Source of the DNA: a virus
DNA length: 36,441 bases
Virus record (IMG/VR): IMGVR_UViG_3300045988_023202
Coordinates: 1-36,441 of that record
Strand: one strand, 5' to 3'
Shown here: positions 15,582-25,219 of the stretch, one piece after another
Numbering within the stretch: the first letter of the stretch is position 1
Layout of the letters: each line of letters begins with the position of its first letter
Notes under the pieces: model-generated
The model's input: the letters and a program-made list of their open reading frames with translations, nothing else
Database searches by the model: none
What the model was told of the DNA's origin: nothing
Program-made: the position numbers and the translations under genes

Positions 15582-16730
15582 TTAATCTGTTATTACTTGG
15601 TCGGGCGCAATATCCGCGTCGCCTTCCAAATCGTTTTCAATTTTAGTTAGTTCCGGGTCTAGGTCGAATATATACGCCAGGTCTCGGGAAATCTTATCGC
15701 GGACACGCGACAATGAACGGCGGTAAACGCGCTGCATTTCCTTAACCACTTCGCCCGACGCATTCGAAAAGCTAATCAATGATGAATCAATAAGCGGGAT
15801 CGGGATAGTAAAACAGGAAATAGCAATGTCTTTCCGCAATGGCTCGCAATACGATTTATACAGGTCGGAATCAATAGGAGTACCGATTTGGTCCACCCGG
15901 ATAAACGGTTTCTCTGTAATACCTACATTCTCGTCTCTTACTGTAAGAACCGCGCCAGTTCCTTCTACCCCCATCATTTCGGTAATAGCGTCCCGGAAAT
16001 CGTTTTGCTCCTGGTCGCTCTGAAACATCCCATGCGATACGACGCTACAGGCGTGGAATCCACGCGCTAAAACGTTTTCGACATACAAGGCGTTCCCGTG
16101 TTCCGCTCCCATTTCCGGCTGTACTGCATGAAACGGACTGATCGGATAGGGGCGACGGTTTGAGAAGTTAGCGTAATAGAGTTGTCCGGGATGGTTTTCA
16201 ATACCTCCGTACTCTTCACACTCCTTCCAAAAGTTTTTCGGGTTGAAATTCGGATAAACCACACCCGTTTTAACGTTCGTGTCCTTTAGTTGTTCCCTTT
16301 CCCAATTATCAAATACACGCCATTTCCGCACGATCGAATCACGTTTGTAGTCCTCGTTAAGAACGGCGCGAACGTAACCGAACGGCACGGGATAACAGTA
16401 CAAAGGGCGACCATCGCCGCCGTATTGTACTATTAATGCATATCCCCTATAACGCGGTATCTCGTCCGCTACGAACTCTAAAACGTCGTTCATGTCCTGG
16501 CCGTGCTCGTTGGTTCTCGCCGCAAATTCTTCGTTAACGAACCCTTCGCAAATGATGTTTTCTTTCGCCTTGTCGCAACACGCCGTGGCGGTTTTGCTGG
16601 CGTCGATAAGATTTGCGATACGTTGCGGGTATAGATTATCTACATCATAGCTAACCACCCCTTCAGAAGTACGGGGCACTAAATTCAGTGCCCTGCGTAC
16701 TATTAACTCTATTTTCTTTGCTGCGATCAT
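15582..16730 (-). CDS. Putative portal protein
   Basis: The size (382 aa) and acidic C-terminus fit, and it is the only remaining portal-sized candidate in the morphogenesis block. No diagnostic motif can be read by eye. Confidence 0.4.
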   Translation of the reverse strand: MIAAKKIELIVRRALNLVPRTSEGVVSYDVDNLYPQRIANLIDASKTATACCDKAKENIICEGFVNEEFAARTNEHGQDMNDVLEFVADEIPRYRGYALIVQYGGDGRPLYCYPVPFGYVRAVLNEDYKRDSIVRKWRVFDNWEREQLKDTNVKTGVVYPNFNPKNFWKECEEYGGIENHPGQLYYANFSNRRPYPISPFHAVQPEMGAEHGNALYVENVLARGFHACSVVSHGMFQSDQEQNDFRDAITEMMGVEGTGAVLTVRDENVGITEKPFIRVDQIGTPIDSDLYKSYCEPLRKDIAISCFTIPIPLIDSSLISFSNASGEVVKEMQRVYRRSLSRVRDKISRDLAYIFDLDPELTKIENDLEGDADIAPDQVITD

Positions 16731-16747
16731 TGATTTACATTTTTATA

Positions 16748-17233
16748 TTATTCTTCGAACTCCTTAAGACCCTCGGCGGCTTCTGCTTCTGCTTCTGCCT
16801 TTTTAGCCGCTCTAGTAGCCGCTGCCTTCTTAGCCGCCTCACTGCGTTTTGCCGCTGCAATCTCTTCTTCTGTCAGCTCCGGCTCATCAGCTGCCATTAC
16901 TTGAACGGCTTCCGGTTCTGCTTCTGGTTCTGCTTCCGGTTCTGGTTCTGCTTGCAGGTCTATAAAATAGTCCTTGTATTCCTCGGCGGCTTCCATGAAC
17001 TCCACGGCCTTCTCGTCGCTCGTATTAAATGCACGGTACACTCTTCCATCCTCGATCGAGTTGATGAATAGTCCCGGCTTCATCACGTAGCGGGTGTGCT
17101 GTCCTGTCAAATAACGTTCTTCATACCAACGTTGTGCAAACAGGCGATCCGCACCGCACACAATATCCAATTTTAGGTTAGTCATTGTTTGGCACAATGC
17201 CACAATTTGCCCTATATCTGTAATTTTTTCCAT
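16748..17233 (-). CDS. Acidic protein with an EPEA repeat and an Ala/Lys/Glu-rich tail
   Basis: 161-aa ORF containing an in-frame 12-bp tandem repeat at 16908-16949. Confidence 0.55.
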   Translation of the reverse strand: MEKITDIGQIVALCQTMTNLKLDIVCGADRLFAQRWYEERYLTGQHTRYVMKPGLFINSIEDGRVYRAFNTSDEKAVEFMEAAEEYKDYFIDLQAEPEPEAEPEAEPEAVQVMAADEPELTEEEIAAAKRSEAAKKAAATRAAKKAEAEAEAAEGLKEFEE

Positions 17234-17255
17234 CTTTTAAACTGTTTTAATTTTA

Positions 17256-17795
17256 TTAAACTTTCGGTATCTTCAGACCGTCGTACGCCGCTTTGGCAAG
17301 CGTTACCAACATGTCACCCGTTGACGCTTCCGGTGTTTTAAGTGTTACCGTTGAGATGCCGCCCGTACTCGAATCGGTTGCAAAGTCCGACGCTTCCAAA
17401 CCGCAAAACGCGCCCGCCAAATAATAGTTACCCGATTTAGATTTCAGAGCTACTCTAAAATTACCTTTTAAAAGGCTCGTTAACGCCAAACGGTACGCGG
17501 TACTATCCATAGAGGACATAACCTTAATAACGACGCTCTGATCCTCTGCTGCGGGTACTGTATCATTTGCTTTAATTGCTTCCTGGTACATTACGGAGTT
17601 GTTAACGGAGTTAACTACGTACCCCTTTTTTCCGGTTAACATCGTGATTGTCCCCGCCCCTCCTGTTTCCGATATGGTGGAAATATCTGAAGAATTTATA
17701 ACAATCGCTTCGTCTATTTCACCCGTTCCGCCAGTCAGCACAAAATTAGCGCAATCAAACGCTATATCCTGATCTAGTTTTTTTAAACATGCCAT
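17256..17795 (-). CDS. Structural paralog 3 of 3 (179 aa)
   Basis: Shares the M(A/G)C(L/I)xxL N-terminus, the GG(I/F/Y)(S/T)T(V/I)T(L/I)KTP(E/D) block and its length with the two upstream genes. AAAGGAGGA lies 7 nt before the ATG. Confidence 0.65.
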   Translation of the reverse strand: MACLKKLDQDIAFDCANFVLTGGTGEIDEAIVINSSDISTISETGGAGTITMLTGKKGYVVNSVNNSVMYQEAIKANDTVPAAEDQSVVIKVMSSMDSTAYRLALTSLLKGNFRVALKSKSGNYYLAGAFCGLEASDFATDSSTGGISTVTLKTPEASTGDMLVTLAKAAYDGLKIPKV

Positions 17796-17808
17796 ATAAT
17801 ATCCTCCT

Positions 17809-18339
17809 TTATGCCACGATCGCCGCGGCTCTTAAAACATTGTAAGCTGTTCCCGTCATATTAACTCGGGATTCTCCAATAACGTTTTCAGGAGTTGATA
17901 ACGTGATGGTGGTATACCCCCCGTTTGCGTTCAAGTCCTGCGATACCGCCGTGGCAACCAACCCGTAATTATACCCATAAACGCGGTTACTACCCGTTTC
18001 CTTTGGTTTAGCTATCGCTAAAAATGTACCGTTAAGTATTGAGTTCACAATCGCCGATCCGGTATCACCTTTTTCGTACACTGTAAACGTAACCGCCTGC
18101 GTTAACGCTGTTGGCGCATTATCGTTCTGCTTGATCTCTTCCGTAGCGTTCACGCCCTTCTTATTACTTTCAACCAGCACGGCATTAGCGCTAGCGGCTA
18201 GCGTTATAGTGGCAACCTGTCCCGCTACGCTCTTTGACGAAATATCCGCAAAATTGATAAGAAGCATTTCGGCTACGCCTGTTGCCCCTCCATCGCAATC
18301 AACTAAGACTGCCCTATTTAATTTATTTAAGCATCCCAT
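17809..18339 (-). CDS. Structural paralog 2 of 3 (176 aa)
   Basis: Shares G(V/I)AEMxLINFxD, Q(A/S)VxFT(V/I)YEK and GG(Y/F)TTIT with the gene at 18343-18876. Confidence 0.65.
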   Translation of the reverse strand: MGCLNKLNRAVLVDCDGGATGVAEMLLINFADISSKSVAGQVATITLAASANAVLVESNKKGVNATEEIKQNDNAPTALTQAVTFTVYEKGDTGSAIVNSILNGTFLAIAKPKETGSNRVYGYNYGLVATAVSQDLNANGGYTTITLSTPENVIGESRVNMTGTAYNVLRAAAIVA

Positions 18340-18342
18340 ATT

Positions 18343-18876
18343 TTAAGTTATTTTTGCGTTTACAATAACGGTCCATGATGCGGATGTTATGGTAATACCA
18401 TTTTCACCTCGTGCACCGTCCGGCGTCTTAATCGTAATCGTAGTAAAACCGCCTGCCGCGTTAGAATCCGTATCAGCTTGTGAAATTTCAAGCCCGCATT
18501 TATACCCCGCCATTATTGGCGTTGAGTTAATATCATTCAATTTGATTGCCGCCATGAAACGTCCCGATAACAATGCCGATATGATAGTTCGAGCATTAGC
18601 ATTTTTTTCGTATATCGTAAACATAACGGACTGGTCCAAACCTGCTGAAACATCTGATAACTTCAACGCTTCCGTCAACTTCGCTCCGTTCTTGTAACAC
18701 TCTACCGGAATAGTCTTCGCACCCGCCTTAAGGGTGACACCCGACAGGATGTTACTAGCGTCTACAGTTCCGGCGGTTACGTCGTCAAAGTTAATCAGAT
18801 ACATTTCAGCGATACCTACGCTACCGGGTTGGCATGCGTAGGTAATTGCTTTATTTAATGTCTTTATACAAGCCAT
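18343..18876 (-). CDS. Structural paralog 1 of 3 (177 aa)
   Basis: See the two paralogs above. It lies directly downstream of the major capsid gene. Confidence 0.65.
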   Translation of the reverse strand: MACIKTLNKAITYACQPGSVGIAEMYLINFDDVTAGTVDASNILSGVTLKAGAKTIPVECYKNGAKLTEALKLSDVSAGLDQSVMFTIYEKNANARTIISALLSGRFMAAIKLNDINSTPIMAGYKCGLEISQADTDSNAAGGFTTITIKTPDGARGENGITITSASWTVIVNAKIT

Positions 18877-18896
18877 TTAAACTCTGTTTTTAATTA

Positions 18897-19853
18897 TTAA
18901 ACACCTGCTGCGGTGCACAATTTCATATATTGAGGAACTGCAAGCATAGCGTCAGCCGCAAATACGGTTGTACTGTAATACTTACGGTCCTTAGCATCGC
19001 GGATGAACGGATCAATATTCAGACTTGAATCTTCCAAAGCCAACTGAATGTTAGTTTTCGGTGAGAAAGCAATGAAAGACTGAACTGTCAAGGCGTCGCC
19101 CTTAGCGCTGTTAGACACGTGTCTCAACTCGTTCAACTTGTAACCTTCGAAGAAGTACGCGGGTTTGCCATTCTCCATGTTAGCTTGTGCCAAATGGTTG
19201 TCCTTGGCTTCTACCAAGTCCTTGTAAGCACGCATAATGTTGCTAGATACATAGAACTCTGATTCGTCCAGTTGATCGGCACGCTGGTTGTCGATACACC
19301 ATTTCAGACACTCCAAAACGTTAGCACCAGCTCCAGAAGGAACAAGGGTTTTAACCTCTTCGGTTGATGCCTGCATCTGCTTGATGATACCACCGTTTTT
19401 AAACACGGTGTACACACCCGCTGTATCAGTTGTTTTCAGACCGTCCAACCATACGAGACGTAACATGTCAGCCTCGAGAACTTTCAGAATTTCGTTCTGC
19501 ATGAACGCTGCCAACTGTGTTTGGTCGAAATCAGCTGAAAGGTGAACGCCTTTTGCAACCATTTTGCCCCACAAGTCTTGCAGACAAACCACGATAGGCA
19601 ACTCAATCTGTGCGTGATCGTAGTATTTAACACTATCGTTAAGGGAACTGTACTTGTATTCGCTGTCACAGCCCGCGGAACGTCTTACCGCTTTGTCGGT
19701 CGCTGTGAATGTCAAAACGGGTTTGCCCTTCTCAATGCCTGCTAACACGGTTACGCCGTTGGACAATTCGCCCTCCAAACCAAGCGTCAATGAAATAACA
19801 TCGGCCAGGCTGTCGATATTCAATTTGTTTAAATCGCTAAATGTAAATGCCAT
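18897..19853 (-). CDS. Putative major capsid protein
   Basis: 318 aa, directly after the scaffold-like gene and downstream of an internal promoter. The call rests on position and size only. Confidence 0.55.
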   Translation of the reverse strand: MAFTFSDLNKLNIDSLADVISLTLGLEGELSNGVTVLAGIEKGKPVLTFTATDKAVRRSAGCDSEYKYSSLNDSVKYYDHAQIELPIVVCLQDLWGKMVAKGVHLSADFDQTQLAAFMQNEILKVLEADMLRLVWLDGLKTTDTAGVYTVFKNGGIIKQMQASTEEVKTLVPSGAGANVLECLKWCIDNQRADQLDESEFYVSSNIMRAYKDLVEAKDNHLAQANMENGKPAYFFEGYKLNELRHVSNSAKGDALTVQSFIAFSPKTNIQLALEDSSLNIDPFIRDAKDRKYYSTTVFAADAMLAVPQYMKLCTAAGV

Positions 19854-19873
19854 AATTTTAATGTTTTAGTAGA

Positions 19874-20893
19874 TTAGTATTTGAATTTTTTACGCATTTC
19901 TGCCGCGGCCTTCTGAACCTCTTCGCGGCTCAACTTCGTAGCCTTCGGGGTTTCGGTCTTTAATTCTGTTTTTGCTGCTGCCGGTGCACCGGTACGTTTG
20001 CTTAGCTGCGTTTTGAGATCAGACACGGTCTTCTTCAGCTCGGTAACTTCTTTGCGAATTGCTGCAAGTTCTTCCGGTGTAGGGGTTTTCTTCTCTTCCT
20101 CCTCCGGCTTTTCTTCCTCGGTTGCAAGTTCTTCTTGACCCTCTTCTTCGCGTTTAGCTTCGCTTTCCACTTCTTTAACGTCGGAAATCTTTCCGGCTAC
20201 GACTGAAATAATCATGTCCTCGCCTTCGCCAATAGAAATGTAATAATCACCATCTTCTACGGGTTTGCCTTCGGCGTCCTGTACTTCGTCACCCAATGCA
20301 GCTTGTTCGCCTTGCGCGATAATAACAAGCTCCTTTCCTTCTTTGGTTGTGACTGTTTCCCTAGCCAGCTTAGTAGACTTAACCAGCTCGGCTAATTTTG
20401 TCCAAAATTTACTCATTGATAATTTGTTTAAATTGTTATTAAATAAAGAACTAGTAGCCGCGGGAAGTCCCACCAAATCGGCACTAAATAATTCTCTTAC
20501 TTCTGTTACGGTTGCGGTTTTCGCTTCTTCGTCCAACTGTTTAACGTCAGACTGATTCACCGATACGCCCAATAGCTCCGGCTCCTTCTCGATCATAGCA
20601 ACCATAAAATTATATTCGCTAGGATACGCACTTTCCAAGGCTTCAGACATAACTAGGTCGGCATAAACGGCGTTTTCGTCGTGCGTGAAGTTTGCAAAAT
20701 GCCCTATATACCCGTCTAGCAAGTCCGTACCGTTGTGCGTCCGGCGCGCGTGAATAGGCCGGGAATTACCTAAAGCCACTAGAGACGGGAAAGCACTAGC
20801 AGAGATGACTAATTTATAAGCCTTTCCCCCTTCTTCATAGTAGTTTGCGGTTTCCCCGGCTTCTATAATGCGTAACTTTTCAAATATTTTCAT
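19874..20893 (-). CDS. Putative scaffolding protein or prohead protease-scaffold fusion
   Basis: The C-terminal half is highly charged and coiled-coil (EEGQEELATEEEKPEEEEKK...). It lies immediately upstream of the capsid gene. Confidence 0.4.
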   Translation of the reverse strand: MKIFEKLRIIEAGETANYYEEGGKAYKLVISASAFPSLVALGNSRPIHARRTHNGTDLLDGYIGHFANFTHDENAVYADLVMSEALESAYPSEYNFMVAMIEKEPELLGVSVNQSDVKQLDEEAKTATVTEVRELFSADLVGLPAATSSLFNNNLNKLSMSKFWTKLAELVKSTKLARETVTTKEGKELVIIAQGEQAALGDEVQDAEGKPVEDGDYYISIGEGEDMIISVVAGKISDVKEVESEAKREEEGQEELATEEEKPEEEEKKTPTPEELAAIRKEVTELKKTVSDLKTQLSKRTGAPAAAKTELKTETPKATKLSREEVQKAAAEMRKKFKY

Positions 20894-20913
20894 ATATTAC
20901 TGTATTATTGGTA

Positions 20914-20921
20914 CAAAGATA
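20914..20921 (-). promoter_or_regulatory. -7 box TATCTTTG of a probable internal promoter for the scaffold/capsid genes
   Basis: Perfect TAnnTTTG match in the 67-bp intergenic gap, 20 nt upstream of the ATG at 20893. The -33 element is poor (CTTG). Confidence 0.5.
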
Positions 20922-20960
20922 TATTATTTTACGGCACAAGGCCGCGGCTTTACCTACGAT

Positions 20961-23474
20961 TTATAGGCTAGCCGCTACCTGTACGCTATTATATTGTTGT
21001 TGACCCTCGTCTATGTCGGTAACCGCCACCCGTGGAGCGGGAACGCTAGCCACTGAATCGTACATAATTGCCGCTAATTTCCGCAAACTATCGTTTGACA
21101 GGCTGAAATTACTAGGTAACTGCATAGTTGATCCGCCGCCTACGTCGATTTTGCCACCGTTGGCGTACCGATACACGCCGGACGAGCCGAACGAACGCCC
21201 GCCGTACTCCATATTAAGGGCTGATAACGCGTTGATCGCGCCGGATGCCTTACGGTTCAGAATGTACATATTCTCCCCGCCTTCGGCCTCGAACTGTTGA
21301 CCGTTTGACCCGGTGAACGTTACACCACCCGCCGCATGGCTAGCCCCGTAAATCTGCCCGCCCTTTGCGTATTTGCGAACGCTCGTGTTTATCTTAGTGT
21401 CCGGCTCTTTGGTTTTGTTAATGCTCATAACCTGTTTCATACCAAAAGCGATAATCATGGCTGCCTGCGGGATACCCCAAGCTCCCAGCTGCGCTATTGC
21501 TTTAGAAGCTCCTAGATAAGTATTGATAAGCGCCTGCGCTGTTGCAAATGCTTTGCCAGCCGCGCTTTCCTCGCCTAGCAATTCGGATAACTGCCCGGCT
21601 GTGCCCGCTGCCATCGCCAATACTGCATTATAGTATTCCCGTTTCCGCTCTTTCTTCAGGATATCGTACTTCTCCTCTATGGCAGCCGTATCCGCGCCAA
21701 GGGCTTCCGCGTTCGCTATTTCTAGAGCCTTCTGCTCCTCCAACCGGGCTAACTGACTTTCCAGGTCGTTGCCTTGTTTCATCGCGGCTAGCGCCCGGTC
21801 GTTCTCCATGTTGAGGGCTTGACGGTCTCGCTCCTGCTGATCTTCCTCGTCCTTCCGGGCCTTGACTTCCGCGGCATATTCCAACTCGAGTTGGCGAACG
21901 TTGTTTATATACTCCTGTTCACCGATAAGACCCTGCGCACGTCTGTACGTTTCAATCTCTATCTTTTGGTCGTTCACCGCTTGCAGTTCTTGCAATGAGA
22001 TTTGAGCACCTTCCAGTTCCCGTTGCGCTATGTCCAGCTGCATTGCGGTAACCGCTTCCGAATATTTCTTAAGTTGCGCGTCCTGTGCGGCCTTGATAGC
22101 GTCCTGCGCTTTCTTTTGCGCGTCTGCTTCCCGCTTCGCTGCGTCTTCCGCCGCCTTCGCTGACCTCGCCGCCGCGGCTTGTGCCGCTTGTGCCTGCTTG
22201 TCTCGCTCCTGTTTGATGAAGCCGGACACCTGCCCCGCCATTTCTTTCTCCTGCGTAGCGTATTGGGCGCGCGCTGCTTCGAGCGCTGCCAGGGCTTCCT
22301 GTTCTTTCCGTGCGTCCTCGTCGCTTGTATATCCTAATTGGTTCTCGGCTTTGATCTGCTTGTATTTAGCTTCCAGTACAGACAACTCCATATCGCGGAT
22401 ACCGTGCAACTTTTCCCTAGCTTGTTCCAGTAACTTAGTACGTTCCGCCGCTGATTTGTTTTGGTCAGCTGCAAGGGTCTTAAGTTCTTCCATCTCACGC
22501 CGCATCTGTGCCATAGGTACGAGCGCCGCCGTTTCAGCCTGGTAAATCTTCTGCGTTTGGGCTGCCAACCGTGCGCCTTCCGCCGCTGCTCTCTTCGTCT
22601 CCTCACTGATAAGCCCTAACTTATCCAATAGCCATGTAACGGCTTTAGCAAGGTTTTCAAGAAGAAATGCTACGCCCTCAAACAATCCGGTTATCCAGTC
22701 CAGCAAACGCCCAAAAATCACTTTAAAAGGGGCAAATGCAGCGTTAAGGCTAGTCGCTAATTCGCTGTTACGTTTCATCATCTTCTCGATGATAGCGATA
22801 AGCGATAAGACAAGCGACACGACAAATATAATAGGGTTCGCCTTTAACGCTGCGTTGAACGCCTGTACCCCTGCGATTCCGCTTTTCATTTGCCCTACCA
22901 GCGCACCGGTCCCCCCGGTTAGCCCCTGTGTTTGCAATATGCCGTCCTTGACGCTCTCAGCGTAATTTCCGACATTACGGCGGTTGTCCCCTACCGATTT
23001 TTCCAGCTCCTTAAGCTTGTCCGATAACGCCTTGGTTTGCTCGGTTAGGTCTTGACCTTCTTTGCTGGTAGTCCGTTGCGCCTCGCTCATCTTGTTCAGC
23101 TCCGAGGTGTTCTGCGCCAGTTGAGCGCGCAAAGCGTTGACGCTCGTAGCCTCGTTATCGAGAAGCGTTTTTGTAGACTTGATCTCCGCGTTATTTTCCC
23201 GGTTAGCGTTCGTATTATCCAATATTGCTTTCTGCGTCTCAATCAGAGACTTATTCAGCTTCTTTACAGTCGCGTCGTACTTGTCTTGTTGTACCAGTCC
23301 GTCCGCATAGTTCTGGTTTAGCGTGTCCAGCTCCTTCTTCTCGGAGGCGTACGCCGCTTGCAAGTCCTTCTTAGTCTTTGCAAGCGCCATACTTTTGGCT
23401 ATTAACGCATCCAGCCCCTTCTCGGCTTCTGACGTGCCGAAATTTAGGTCTAATAATGTTACTTGATCCGCCAT
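20961..23474 (-). CDS. Tape-measure-like or internal virion protein
   Basis: 837 aa with long Ala/Gln/Glu/Lys coiled-coil stretches, hydrophobic segments (IIFVVSLVLSLIAII) and a Gly-rich C-terminus. Confidence 0.6.
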   Translation of the reverse strand: MADQVTLLDLNFGTSEAEKGLDALIAKSMALAKTKKDLQAAYASEKKELDTLNQNYADGLVQQDKYDATVKKLNKSLIETQKAILDNTNANRENNAEIKSTKTLLDNEATSVNALRAQLAQNTSELNKMSEAQRTTSKEGQDLTEQTKALSDKLKELEKSVGDNRRNVGNYAESVKDGILQTQGLTGGTGALVGQMKSGIAGVQAFNAALKANPIIFVVSLVLSLIAIIEKMMKRNSELATSLNAAFAPFKVIFGRLLDWITGLFEGVAFLLENLAKAVTWLLDKLGLISEETKRAAAEGARLAAQTQKIYQAETAALVPMAQMRREMEELKTLAADQNKSAAERTKLLEQAREKLHGIRDMELSVLEAKYKQIKAENQLGYTSDEDARKEQEALAALEAARAQYATQEKEMAGQVSGFIKQERDKQAQAAQAAAARSAKAAEDAAKREADAQKKAQDAIKAAQDAQLKKYSEAVTAMQLDIAQRELEGAQISLQELQAVNDQKIEIETYRRAQGLIGEQEYINNVRQLELEYAAEVKARKDEEDQQERDRQALNMENDRALAAMKQGNDLESQLARLEEQKALEIANAEALGADTAAIEEKYDILKKERKREYYNAVLAMAAGTAGQLSELLGEESAAGKAFATAQALINTYLGASKAIAQLGAWGIPQAAMIIAFGMKQVMSINKTKEPDTKINTSVRKYAKGGQIYGASHAAGGVTFTGSNGQQFEAEGGENMYILNRKASGAINALSALNMEYGGRSFGSSGVYRYANGGKIDVGGGSTMQLPSNFSLSNDSLRKLAAIMYDSVASVPAPRVAVTDIDEGQQQYNSVQVAASL

Positions 23475-23481
23475 TTTTACG

Positions 23482-25218
23482 TTATTTTAAATCCATTTTG
23501 TACAAAGATAGCTTACAATTCCCGTTTGCTACGTCATACTCACCTAAAGATTTGATATAGAAGTAGCTGTTTAGCTGCGAAAAGTAATAAGCGTCCCCTA
23601 ATCTAAGGTTCTCAACGTCTGCGTATTCTAGTTGCGCTTTTATTTTCACCTGTACACGGGACCGGAACATACGGAAATGCCGGTTTATATACGGGTAATA
23701 GATGAAGTGCGGGTAGACAAAGTACGGACTAGGTGATGGCGCGGTGAATATACTGGTAAGTCCCATATTCGGATACACCAACCGGTCATGCGTGTATTTA
23801 ACGCCGGACTTGTACGCCTCTTTAACAGGCGTTACCGTCCCGGGCCCGTTGGAATAGCTGAATTTTTCCGAACCTACCGTACAAACGTATTGGTCAGCGA
23901 ACTCGTCCGGCACGTCTACCGTCTCGACGCTGCGTAGCTTGTCGCTCCAGTCGTGTACGCGTGTCCATGCCATAGACGTACCGTCACGTAGGTCCGCGTC
24001 TACTATCGGCTCGACACGTAACGTACCGTCGCGGTAAATCTTCCGCCAGTGCCATGCCGTGCACATATCATCAACTAACTTTTTAACGTCCGTATACGGA
24101 AAATCTGCGGGTTGAGCGTAAGCAGTTTGAGACGCGGGCGCAATCGCCGCATCATAGACTATTTTACCCTCTCCGCACGTAATAACTTCTTCCGGCGCGT
24201 AACCGTCAGGGAATTTAAAGTAGTCGTTACGGGTCACTCCTCCGATAGAAGCGACTAACTGTATGTGCGAATCCTGTTTGGGGTACACTGTCATTTGTTG
24301 ATTGATAACCGAGCGGTAAATCCAAATGCGATCCGTCAACGTCCCGTAGAATGAAACAGAGCGCCCGATACCCGATAGGTTTCCCTGCAATTGGATCGTG
24401 CCGGGTTTAGTGCTCGGGACAGTTGTGCCGGTGTATTCTACGATCAAGTAGAACGCTTGACCCTCCCCGGATGCGATGAGTATGCCCGCGGGTGAGCCGC
24501 CTGATCTAGCCCCGAAGAAACTAGCGTTTGCGTAGATATTAGCGTTATCCATCACAATAGTAGCTTTTTGGGGGTAGATGTAGCCGCCGCGTCCCTTAGT
24601 GTAGTTCTGCGGTACTAGCTTTGTCGATCCTGTTGCTACGTCACCTTGCCATGTGAGATCGCGCCGTTTCACTATGATTGAGGCATGTTGCGTTGAAGCA
24701 TCTGGCACGGGTACTCCGTTGTTCGTCTCCGGGTGTATCGCCGGGAACGTGATTTGTGGAAAATCTACGTACCGTCTTACTAGCTCGGAAAGGTTGGCCG
24801 CGCTGACTGGTACCTCTCCACCTTGTACCGCACGGTAAACAGGCGGCGCGGATATGGGTAAACTTACGTCAGACCACTTGTCCGTGCTCTCTATCAAGTT
24901 TATAGTGTACTCTGTTTCAGTCGCCGACACCTTCGCGTAAAACTGCGTAGGCTCGTCGGACACATAAGCGTAATACTTGAAAGGTATGGACGCTATCAAA
25001 ACCTCGGCTACGTAATACTCACAGTTAAGCAAACCTTTGTTTAGCCCTATGAACGTCCGGTCATTGTCGGGCGTTCTCGGCACTTTTATCGACGCGCTAA
25101 ACGCTACGCTATCCCCGGTCATAGTAACCGGGGAAATGTTGTTTAATGTGATCTTGACCGTCGCATTATCTAAACCGTCTATGTCGTAACCGTTAACTCT
25201 TAATGATACTATTTTCAT
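23482..25218 (-). CDS. Tail/baseplate structural protein
   Basis: 578-aa ORF between the BACON tail protein and the tape-measure-like gene. Confidence 0.45.
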   Translation of the reverse strand: MKIVSLRVNGYDIDGLDNATVKITLNNISPVTMTGDSVAFSASIKVPRTPDNDRTFIGLNKGLLNCEYYVAEVLIASIPFKYYAYVSDEPTQFYAKVSATETEYTINLIESTDKWSDVSLPISAPPVYRAVQGGEVPVSAANLSELVRRYVDFPQITFPAIHPETNNGVPVPDASTQHASIIVKRRDLTWQGDVATGSTKLVPQNYTKGRGGYIYPQKATIVMDNANIYANASFFGARSGGSPAGILIASGEGQAFYLIVEYTGTTVPSTKPGTIQLQGNLSGIGRSVSFYGTLTDRIWIYRSVINQQMTVYPKQDSHIQLVASIGGVTRNDYFKFPDGYAPEEVITCGEGKIVYDAAIAPASQTAYAQPADFPYTDVKKLVDDMCTAWHWRKIYRDGTLRVEPIVDADLRDGTSMAWTRVHDWSDKLRSVETVDVPDEFADQYVCTVGSEKFSYSNGPGTVTPVKEAYKSGVKYTHDRLVYPNMGLTSIFTAPSPSPYFVYPHFIYYPYINRHFRMFRSRVQVKIKAQLEYADVENLRLGDAYYFSQLNSYFYIKSLGEYDVANGNCKLSLYKMDLK

Positions 25219-25219
25219 C

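Noticed and set aside
20935-20955. GGCCGCGGC palindrome after the tape-measure-like gene considered as a terminator
   Set aside because: The palindrome leaves no room for a loop and has no U-tract.
22030-22545. 171-aa plus-strand ORF, plus other plus-strand ORFs such as 12182-12505, 434-757, 6064-6522, 9144-9497, 14355-14708, 30341-30721, 32699-33130 and 35074-35565
   Set aside because: All lie antisense to well-supported minus-strand genes. Their products are low-complexity (Ser/Ala/Cys-rich) mirror images of coiled-coil or repeat codons, and they have no promoter or start-site context. They are most likely artefacts of stop-poor sequence.
23503-23510. TATCTTTG (-7 box match) 29 nt upstream of the tape-measure-like gene
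   Set aside because: It lies within the last codons of the upstream gene and has no -33 TTTG at the correct spacing. It could be an internal promoter, but a chance match cannot be excluded.
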